Shown: positions 38,976 to 49,529 of the stretch, one piece after another | Layout of the letters: each line of letters opens with the position of its first letter | How positions within the stretch are numbered: position 1 is the stretch's first letter | Notes under the pieces: generated by a model | What the model saw: the letters and a program-made list of their open reading frames with translations, nothing else | Told to the model about the DNA's origin: nothing | The model's database searches: none | Assembly: GCA_977030845.1 (NCBI GenBank) | Contig: OZ365113.1 | Location: 13,764,001-13,828,000 of the forward strand | DNA length: 64,000 bases | Direction: 5' to 3' | From: Fimbriosthenelais zetlandica | Taxonomy: Eukaryota | Program-made: the position numbers and the translations under genes

Positions 38976-40674
38976 AGCGGCGAAACGGTGAACTACAGTA
39001 GGCTATTATGATCTCGGCAAAGCTCTCTACTCCTTTCTCGGTGCGTTGGGTAGATCATAGTAGAGTAGTTCACCTTTCTGCCGCTTTCGGGTCGCTTCAT
39101 TCGCGCTGGCTTGTCCTTCCATAGAGTCCAATGCTAAAGCCTCAAATTGGCACCATTTTCAAAAATCGAAATTTTAAATTAATTTCAGTTGCACAAAAAT
39201 CACATAGATACCTGGAGGTGCTTCCAACTAAGAATAATCCGTTCGAATTGTAATTTTAGACCCATTATTTACAAAGTTATTCAACTTTTTCGACTTTTAG
39301 TGAGAGGGCGCTGTTAAGGTTTTTAAAAGGCCAAATTATAGGTCAGTATACGCACGGCCGATTGGTCAACTTCGCAAAAATCGGTATTATCCTCGTTTTA
39401 CGTCTCTGTTCTTTTGATATTTATCAGTAGAGGTCATAAGTCATACATAACCGTTGTTTGGAGTAAAAATAACACATATTAAGTATGGAAAGAGCCGATT
39501 GGAGTGGACTGGCAAACCGGCTCTGTGGCACACATTCCTGTAATCGTGAGTGATTTTTAACATTGCGCCTATGGAGCGTGCACTTTTGCGGAAAACAAGG
39601 AATTTAGACAAGTTAGAGGCAATGGATCAGGCTGAATTTTTGGGAGGGTGTTGGGGTGTGTATTGGGGGTAGACACGGAGGTTGGGGCGGGGGTTGGGGG
39701 CCGGGGAGGGGTCCGGGGGGCTAGAGAATTTTTAACATTGGCGCCTATGGACAGTACCTACACAGTGGGCTATTCCAAGGGATTATGACAGGTTAGCCGT
39801 TTCAAATCGGGCATAGAACTGTTCTCTCAGAGGAACACTTCTATGATTAGCGTGACAACACTATTCAGCCATCAGGATTAGTAGATTGTCATCTCTACTG
39901 ATGTTTAATTATCAATGGTTGATGAAATAGAGCCGGACTCTTCCATGAGACCCCCTTGTCTCTGTGGACGGGTGGCAGACCGGCATCTGCCGCCGGCTCT
40001 CCCCGACCACAACAGCCCCGACTCCCGGCTAGATTCCTCCATTGCCACGGTCTGAATTTCCCTTTAATTACTATCCCATATTATTAGCGGTTATTCCGTT
40101 TTTGTTCTAAGGTCTGCATGGGGTGTGGCGTGGTAAAGAATACCGTACCGTACGGATTTATTGCATGTGGGCCCTACATAGGCCTATCCAAATTAGTAGC
40201 CCCCATTTTGTGGTGGAAAGACGTACCATGATGTTATTACCATCCACTACTTAGATTCAAGATTGATTTTATTTTTCTTCCTACGCCCCTGTATTTGTTT
40301 GTAAACTAATAATATACGTGTCCACCCTGAAGTCTCTTTATTATATTTTCCACCTATCTTCCAAACCAAACGATTTTATTGGGGTAGGCTTATGGAATTC
40401 CTCATACGTGGAGATAGGTGGAGAATATAATATAAAGAGACTTGATAGCTGCTTAGAGTAAAATTTTACTCTAAGATAGCTGCCACAGTTGTAAATGGAA
40501 ACTGTGACGTCTACCAATGTGAAAAATATATGCCTACATGGCCTACAGCTGTGTGGAATTAAATGTGCCTGTCTGGTGCCTTAGTAAAGCACTGTGCCTG
40601 CTTAAGTCAAATATTCGTCTATGTGCATTTCTCATCACACTTTCGCAGAGAGGAAAATGCATAGGCCTACCCAC

Positions 40675-40746
40675 AGCACCAAAGAGGATTCGAACCCACG
40701 ACCATCCGGTTTCTAATGCGCCACCCTACCAACTGATCTAGATCCA
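40675..40746 (-). mobile_element. tRNA-derived SINE head or tRNA pseudogene (different family)
   Basis: A box TAGATCAGTTGGTAG and B box GGTTCGAATCC at tRNA spacing; no acceptor stem. Confidence 0.55.
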
Positions 40747-41360
40747 GTTTTGGCTACTTAGGCGCTTCACCCTACCTGTGATAAGCTATAGGCCTATACA
40801 TGTAGAAAAATGGGAGTTGGAGATCATAAAAGTCCAGGTCGGACTGACCAAATGATTTTTCCAAGTGATAGCAAAACAAAATGGGAGTCTCAGATTGTAG
40901 GCTAAATGTCGAGTTCTGACTAGATTAAATATGTTAAATTTACATGAAGCCAAGAGAGTAAGACATTGTGAGAGGTGGCTGATAATATGCTGTGTCACCT
41001 AGTCCAGGAATCTTTTAATGGGGCCCGATGTTATATTTCATCATTGTTTTCCTTTAAAATATCTTTGACACGATTTGATTGGTGTTTTATAGATTTGTTG
41101 TTACATATTTTCTCGGTTACCAACTTATAATTGACAGATCAGGGTGGTCAGGTCAGTCTGGGTGTGTTCAGAAACCGTGGACCTTACCAAAAAACTTCTC
41201 TCTAAGTCAACTTGTCCGAAATCAACCATAAAAAGTATGATATGAATAGAAAACACATTTTCCTAATATCGCAATTTTTTATATTCGGTTTCAGACCATT
41301 GTGATTATTTGTATTGGCTTATTGATCCGAACACCTCCTGCACCGCGGCCTTGCTTACAG

Positions 41361-42103
41361 GTGTGTGGACACGCTTGTCCTGGAATCTCAATGGCAAGTT
41401 CCTAAGGAAATATTCATGAAAATGTAAGTTTTTAACCAGATTTGTCAGCTAATTTTGTGTTGAACATTAAGTTTGTATTTTAGGGATTGTATATTGATGT
41501 GTTATAATATTTTACATGTTGGATATCTGGGAGAAAATTGGATCTTGAATTGTGCAAGTTGTCTGAGAGTTACACTAGTACATGTGTACAATATGGCGTC
41601 CCCTCGATCACCTTGCTGGTTTTGTGAAACGCATGATTCGAAATTACTATGTGTAAGCCTACAGATATATAAGGGAAATAACGCAGTTATCAAAATACCA
41701 GAAACGCAGACAATTTAAGAGATACAAAATGGTCCACCAAATTTCCAATTTCTGTAAACTATCCTAAGTTTCCTTCTAATTCTTTTTGCCCTTCCCGTCC
41801 CTCTTCCACACGCCACTGTTTTTCATGCTAATAATTGTACTCTTTCACATCTCTGTCACATCTCTGTACAATATATTTTTCCTTTTGCTAATATTTGGTG
41901 TTTCTTTCAGGACTGAAACTTTTGAGTCATTGGTACTGGATCTGCTAAATGCTAAATGAATATTATTTATCATATTTTAGGGGAAAAATCGTTGTGCCAC
42001 GCCCTGCTGCATCGTCATCGTCTCTACTTCTCCAGCTTCACATGAGAGGACATTTCTTCATGCACAACAATCATCTGAGTTCCTCCTGACTACCTGGCTG
42101 AAG
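41361..42103 (+). other. Three candidate exons (41361-41423, 41911-41932, 41981-42103) joining in one open frame; orphan gene or transposase relic
   Basis: Acceptors cttacag, tttctttcag, tattttag; donors gtaagt, gtactg, gtaaga; phases 2-2, 2-0, 0-0; second intron only 48 nt. Confidence 0.35.
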
Positions 42104-45018
42104 GTAAGACAATTAAACTAATTAATGCACAAGTCAATGTGCCCCCGAACATTGACCTGGGGGTTTAGACCATTTGGGGCAGAACGACGCCGGGATTCAT
42201 ACTGTAGATTTTTCGTCTTGGAAATTTCAATACATTTAACATTATAACCAGTGATGATAATATTATTATGAAATCACAGCATTTCCGACTTATAAATAAT
42301 TGTAAGGATACCCGGGAATTAAGACTTAATTTTTGGAGTTAGTCTGAAATCTCCTGGTCAGCCTGGGGGTTGGCGGAGGGCGGTACATTGACTGGTGCAT
42401 ACTAGGTGTTAAGTATCTTTTGCATGTTTTGGTCAACTAAGCACAATTATTAACATGTTCTCTGTACTTTCGACTTGTCGGGGTCTTGTCTGTTCCTTTC
42501 CTTATCAGCTTAGTCTTTTGTGTAATTAAAACATAGGTAGTTTCTCGTTGAGGGCTTGTCCAATGTTTCTTCTTAGTGCATGGAGTCGATTATCTTACTG
42601 TCTTTTGTCCGTTTGTTGGCGATTCATGTAAGTTGTAGATAGACATGAGTTTGGTACCTCTTAGTTTAAAAGCTTCTCCCATTTCATATAGTTTTGCAAT
42701 CGTTTTTTCAGATATTATAATGGGTAAAGTAAAGAAAGTAAAAAAAGGAAGACCAATATAGATAAACATTAATTTTGTTATTTCCACCGAGGAAACCCGC
42801 AAAAAACAGGAATCAAGACAGAACCGATGACTTAGATTTCAGGCTAATGATCTAAAGAAAGAAGGGATAGTAATACATTTTATTGGCCTTATATATCTTT
42901 AATTTCATTATAATTTTTTCATGGCTTTTAGGTTTATCTCTGTCCGCCTAGTCTATGCTATTTTAGCTCCCTGATATAATTCTACTTTTAAAATCTATTA
43001 TCTCATTGAGTGAGGCTACTTAGTCGCCTATTATCTCCTTATATTGTAGTTGTATTCTGTATTGCCTCTGTACTGAGTGCATTGTATACTCGTCCATTCT
43101 ATCTTTTGGATTTAATTCTATTGACATTTATCTCCTTTCTCTCTCATGAAGTAGAGTGTCTTATTTTGTCCAGCCTTTTGATTATATTTCTGTTCTAATT
43201 TAGATTGATTGTAGACTTAGTTTAGTATATACCCTCCTATTCCATTGTCTTTTGGCTCTTCAAATATTTTCGATTTTTTTTTTAGATATAGTTCAGTGTC
43301 TTTCAGGGCAGTCTATGCTAGTTGAATCACTCTTTAGGCCTATATAGAGCTCAGTCTATGCTAGTTGAAGTACTCTTTATAATTTTATAGAGCTCAATAT
43401 TCCGAATTAGTTTATTATATTTTATTAGTTTATCACATGGCTCCTTCTTTTTTTTTTTTTTTAGCTCCTTGATATTTTTGTCCATGTCAAATCTATTAAG
43501 CTCCATTTTGTCACTGAGTATCGGTTAATTTGTCCCTATTCTCTTATACTCTTATATATTGTACACAAAGCTTTATCTTAGAGTTCCTGTTCTATCCTCG
43601 TCGATTCTATTTTGTGGACCCATCTGGATTTAATTCGATTAGCATTGACCTCCCGTCCCTCCCATTAAGTCTTATAAATGTAGTCCAAGTTTTTTTAGAT
43701 CCATTTTTATTTGTAGATTTAATATAGTACATGATCCTACTTGATATTCTTGTCTCTATTTGAAGTTTTATATTCGCTTTGTTAGGGCAGTTATTTTAGT
43801 TTAGTTTATTTTAGTTTCTAGTGACATTTTTCACCCATAAATTACAGGCTCGTCTTTAGTCCATTTGTTTTTTATTACCCAGTTTTATTTGTAGAATTTA
43901 TTGAGTATATTCCATCCGACTCCATTTTGTTACGGCTATTTGATTAGATTTAGTTCAATGCAGTATACCCTAGCTCTATATCGAGTTAGTTTTTGTGTTA
44001 GGACAGTTCTTTACCATTTATTTTGTCTACAATTCCTTTACATTCTTCTGTAGCATTCAATCGAGTTTTCTTCAGTTCAGTCAATTTCCATTGAACTAAG
44101 GATATTTATTCTGTGCTGCTTCTCTATATTAAGTTTCTCCTTTCTAATCTAAATCGGTGTATGTATTTCTTTTATATATATATTCCTGTGCTTGGGCTAG
44201 CCATTGACCATCCAAATTCGCTCGTTTCCTCCCTCCTACATCCTCCCTCACAGCCTGGTCCATAGACCCCCCCCCCACCCTGCTTACCCCTACCCCCACT
44301 CCTTCCGTATGCCTGCCTCCTAAGAATTCCTTCATCCCCCATCTTCCCCTCGCTCCCAACCTTCTCCTCCCTCCCAACCTTCTCCTCCCTCCCTCCCTAC
44401 CTTCTCCTCCCTCCAAACCTTCTCCGACTGCAACTCACTCCTCCAGTCTCCACTCTAACTCGCCCTCCACTCAAACTCGCCCTCCAGTCAACCCACACCC
44501 CCACTTTTATTATTCTCCCTCTATCAATGGATATTCCTACACCTATAAATTTTATTTTATTTCCTGTCACCCTCCCCACTCTCACAGCATAGTGTTCTCC
44601 CGTTCCTTTATACGTCTGCCTCCTAAGAATTCCTACATCCATCCTCCCTCCCTCAACTCCCACTTTTCCAAAATTTCCTCAATGTCTGTTTCAGGTAGTT
44701 TTAAGATATTCTCTTATAACCCTGTCTACTAAGTTCATTTCTAGTCTATCTTGTTAAGTTTCCTTGTTTTAAGTCCTTCACACTGTCAACTAATGCTCTG
44801 GTCTACATTCAAGTAATTTCCTTTCCTTCTTTTAAGTCCTGTAATATTCTTTTCTAACTAATATAGTTTAAGTACCTTCTTAAGTCTAATATTCATTTAA
44901 GTTTTACTGCTCCTTTCCTTTCTTAAGTCTTTTATCTCCTTTCCTTTCCTTCTTTTAAGTCCGATAATATTCTTTTCTAACTAATTTAGTTTAAGTACCT
45001 TCCTTCATCCAAGTCTAT

Positions 45019-45128
45019 CTCCACTGTCACCATTTCAAAATTATTCTATCTCCACTGTCACTGTCAACTACTGCTCTACTGTCACCATTTCAAAACTATT
45101 CTATCTCCACTGTCACTGTCAACTACTG
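45019..45128. repeat. 55-bp tandem duplication rich in CTGTCA
   Basis: ctc(c/t)actgtcaccatttcaaaa(t/c)tattctatctccactgtcactgtcaactactg twice. Confidence 0.9.
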
Positions 45129-45223
45129 GCAATGTCTCTTATAGACACTGTCATAGTTGACAGTTTATTTTTTTTTTCTTATTTTTTTTTATTTCTATTT
45201 TTTTTCTATCTTCTTCTCTACTA

Positions 45224-45278
45224 TCAACTAGTTGACAGTGCTTCTACTACACCAGTAGAAGCACTGTCAACTAGTTGA
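45224..45278. repeat. Perfect 25-bp inverted repeat with a 5-nt loop
   Basis: tcaactagttgacagtgcttctact-acacc-agtagaagcactgtcaactagttga. Confidence 0.95.
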
Positions 45279-45592
45279 CAGTAACTTCTAATTTTTTTTT
45301 TATTTCCTTCTCTACTGTCAATAGTCACTACTGACAGTTGAGTTTGGAAAATCTTTTAAGTCCAAAGCTACTGTCAATGGCCAGAAGGGCCAGTTGACGT
45401 TGACACTCGAGATAGGTTCTGCCCACACGGCCAGGATTTTTCAAAAAATGACCTCCAGACCTAACCCCCATGACAGGGGTTAAGCCCAGAGGCACATCTT
45501 TTAATTTGTTCAGTCAATCTTCCCATCAATTGGGCAAGAAAGACCAAACAAATTAAAAGAGCTGTAAAAGGAATACAAACATATATACAATT

Positions 45593-48503
45593 TCAGTTCA
45601 ATAATTTTATTTCACCATAAGAATCAAGCTGCAACTTCTTGTTTTTCAGGTCTTCTTGGGACATCAAACTGCTACAATGGTCGGTTTTCAGGTCTTCTTG
45701 GGACATCAAACTGCTACAATGGTCCATTTTCATACATCTCCAGCACTTTACCTCTGCTGCATTGATATCACCTGGAAAAGAAGACATAAAACAGTCTTAG
45801 ATAACATTTTGACACATCTCTGGGAAAAGAACATATTTGATAATAAAATTGAACACACTGAAATGCCTACTTCTATTTTCATATCACTCAGCTTCACCTC
45901 ATGCTATATCCTGTATACTAATTTTGGCTTATTTAGGTATACAAATTTATTTGCAGTGTACACAAATTTACCATGTATTGCAAATCTAAAGCTACATTAT
46001 CTACACAGAAATTAGTTTTCCTAAATAAGCCATAAATGAAATTTCTAACAAACATGTCTAAAACTACAGAGTTGAGATTTTTGGTTTATTTATGAACACA
46101 AATTATACTGAAAATAATGTTCACCTTGTCTATCTTTATACATTAGCAGTATAAAACTGACAAAATCATTTCTATGGGGCATTAATTTTTAACCAAAAAT
46201 ATACTGAACTTTACATACAGAATAATTATACTAAAATGCCTAATCTAACTCAGTTTTAAAGGCTATATATTTTACAAATTGATTTGTGTGAAAGTGGACA
46301 TTTTATCAGGAATTTTTATTTTTGGCGTTTAGGAATAAACTCCAGATACAACTTTCATGCACTATCTGCTGTGGAAATGGCCATACTAAACCATTTAGTT
46401 TATCCTCTATCTAGTTTTGCAAATTATTTAAAGGCCTAGATCTAGCTTATATGGATATTACTGTTACAGAAACGCACCAAACTTTCGGACCTAATTTTAA
46501 TAGCCTATCAAGGAAGTAGGCATTTTAATTTTTTTAAGTTGGCTCTTTTAGAATATATCAATTGTTTTCTAAAATTCCTTCCTAGTTCCTAATGGCTATT
46601 TGAAAGATAAATGCATTTCTAAAATCAATTTAAAATAAATGAAGACTAAACTTGCAGTCTAACTACAATTAAGCCTATACAGCAAATAATTTATAACTTT
46701 CACTAATTGACTTTAGAGCTTTTTACCTAACTTGCTTCAATTAATTTACATTAGTAATATACTACATATCATGGTATACTTTAGAAGCCTCTTAATCTGG
46801 TCAAAATTAAGATATTCAGTTTTGCAAAGCCAGGAAATTTATTGCCATAGAATTTTCATGCCCGTAGTCAGGGGTTGGGACGCGGCAGTTAAACATTCCC
46901 CTTCCTACTTAAACTAAGCCTCGAGTCTAACAACTTCACACTCAACTAAATTATGAAATGCTTGAGACAAGACTTGAGCTGCGGACTGACTGAATTCGTT
47001 TGGGAGATAGATTTAAACTTTATGGCTGCAAGGAAAGTACCCTAGATTGCGGGTTAAAATAACAATTAAAAATATTACCTGGCCAATAGGCTGTACTTTT
47101 TCCCAGTTTGTAAAGTAACCAATGCTCAAGTCTTGCATTCAAGTAAAGAGGTAAGGCCTAGAATACAAATTGGTGGCTTCCTGGTGCATTCATGGGGCAA
47201 ACAAATCTTTGGGGATAATTTAGCAAATTAACGCTCTGAAATGTGTAGCTAACTTATATATTTCTTTAGTGCACAAAGGCTGCTAAGCGCCAAATGAGTT
47301 TCTAAAAGATTTGGGGATACTTTAGTGCATAAGGGTAATTAAATTCCGAAAGAAATTTATGAAAGGGTTGGGAGATAATTTGGCGCACAACGGCTCAAAT
47401 TTAAATCAATTTCCAACTATTTCTGATAAGTTAGCAGACAAATACAGCTCTCCAATGGGGATAATTTCTTTAAAAGAAACCATGTTGGACAGCCCAAAAC
47501 AAGGGGGGAATTCAGCAATAGGAAACTGCGTAATTTACAAGCCATTGAAATATTGCAGTCCTGCCTTCATGAATGCCACGAGAAAATCACCAATTCCTAG
47601 TTGGGCCCAATAGCAAGGAATAAAATAACTTACTTTTTGTCAGTATTTACTGGACGAATGAAGGGTGGTTGAACGACGGCAGTACGAATGGAGAGTGGGG
47701 AAATGCCTGGTGCCCCTGAACGTATGGTCGTGTCAGTATGAAAAGATAAGAAGTGAAAGAACATTAAGTATAGGCATGAATAAAAATTTAACATAATATT
47801 AACTCGGAATAGTCTCGTTGTATTACAGTAATGCGGCCAGTACACAGGCTGAAGAGTTCATTAAATTGTACTGTGATAAATTAAAATGGCTGCCATATTA
47901 CCACCACAAATTCTACACAATATATAATACATTAACTAAATAAACCAAGTAAACTTTTGTAAAATCCAGTTGGCCATTCTCCACAAGTCTAGCATGGATA
48001 TGATTAAAAAGAAAGTTTAAGAAAACAACTAAGGAATTTAGATAAATAAGTCGTACAGGCCGAGAATAAGAATAAAAAACTAAAGTAAATACAATAGGAA
48101 AGTTGATGTCCAGATCCAGGTGGAGAAAGGTGGCAGGGAGTATACAATGAATACAGAATAAATTCATATGAGTGAACACTCACCTGACACAACTGCCTCC
48201 TTTGCTGTCCAGACAGAAAAAGGCTGATTCTTGGTCGTTGCTGCAGACTTCCTCAGATCAGCCTTCTCATTGGCCGAGAGAGGTGTCACATGGTGATGCA
48301 AACCACAGCCTTCTCATTGGCACTGAGAGTCGTCACACTGCCAAGCAACTAGAGGTTTTGTTAGGTGTCTGTCCATTGGTTCTTATTATCAGGTGATTAG
48401 TACTAGTACAGCAGTGGCAAGATAGGTGGCATATGCAGCCCTCAATCTTGGTTCCCTGGTTTCCCGCTGGGTCTGCCCAGGCGCTCTTTGCAACCATTCT
48501 GAC
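45593..48503 (-). pseudogene. Spliced non-coding or pseudogene relic (exon-like 48503-48184, 47715-47634, 45771-45593)
   Basis: Consensus acceptors and donors (gttcag, cag|gtgagt, aa|gtaagt, cttttccag); first exon closed in all frames; last segment encodes a degenerate CxxCxxxxH knuckle and has AATAAA. Confidence 0.35.
45643..45724. repeat. 42-bp tandem duplication
   Basis: ttttcaggtcttcttgggacatcaaactgctacaatggtc twice. Confidence 0.95.
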
Positions 48504-48820
48504 CTGAACATAAGCAGTTTCGAATTTTCCTATAATTTTACATGTTAAATAAAGCTATTACAATGCGCATCTAACCCAAATAAAGGTGTTTAACATTACT
48601 GAAATGACATGTGACAGTAATATCTCATGATTGGCATTTAATTTGTGGATCACTCAGGTGTGGTCTCTGATAGGGCCTACAATCAATAGGGACATGGCTT
48701 ATATATAAGTGGGCATCTCAAAAGTAAGCAAGTTAACAAAACTATTTACTTTCCTTTGGAGTCAGACGACCACCCAACACGGTAACAGTCCTTGAAATTA
48801 GTTGAATGCCCAGTACCGTA

Positions 48821-48870
48821 TATTAAGAACTATGTATTTTTGAACTATTAAGAACTATGTATTTTTGAAC
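48821..48870. repeat. Perfect 25-bp tandem duplication
   Basis: tattaagaactatgtatttttgaac twice. Confidence 0.95.
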
Positions 48871-49529
48871 GAGAACAGATAATTTAGGCCTCATATATTA
48901 AACAAATTTTCAAAAATTAAAGTGGGTCTCAGACCACCGCCTACTGTTTTATAATGATTAAATTCTGAAATAAAAATTTTGAGATGGGAAAAAACGTCAG
49001 TTGTTTAGCGTTTAATGTCCTATCTCCCCTCCCTATATTGGACAAATTTTATAGGCTCCGTAGTTGAATTAATCTATTAAGGTTTTTACCTAGTTTTTAT
49101 AGTTATATATAACTCATATGTTCCCCCTTCAAGCCTGGGCCCTTCACTAGCTCTATGCGTGTCACACCCACGGCCCATTCATTTAGCCCCGCCATCCATA
49201 CTAAATTAAGCCAAAGACATGATTGCGGTGGTTATTTCCTGAGCACACACCCGTACAGCAGGCTGCCTGACACTCGTCACCTGCATGGCCTGTTAATCGT
49301 TATAATTCAGTGTCAGTCTACTCACATTTAGTACTTGTAATCCCTGTTTGGCTCACAAAACAGTCCTTCAATATCGATGAAAACTTGTCAAGTTATGAGC
49401 AGATGAAGTTACCGGATGTTTATAGCTTGGATAACAGCAGAAATTGCCCCATGTTAAAACGCCAACCTCAACCAGTTTTAACGAATAGTTCCTGGTTTAT
49501 CCGCTTGTATAATCTAGCGCAAATATCTG

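Larger units (their letters stand above)
37618..39812. mobile_element. Foldback-type element copy 1: palindrome 37863-39812 (~750-bp arms, ~450-bp core) plus outer extension with tRNA-like head
   Basis: 37863-~38612 is the reverse complement of ~39065-39812; arms built from ~175-bp C-rich subrepeats; no transposase ORF; superfamily not assignable. Confidence 0.85.

Noticed and set aside
42800-45000. LINE ORF2 (endonuclease/reverse transcriptase) on the - strand
   Set aside because: The A-rich strand is suggestive, but no YADD/FADD or APE motifs could be read in any frame I translated
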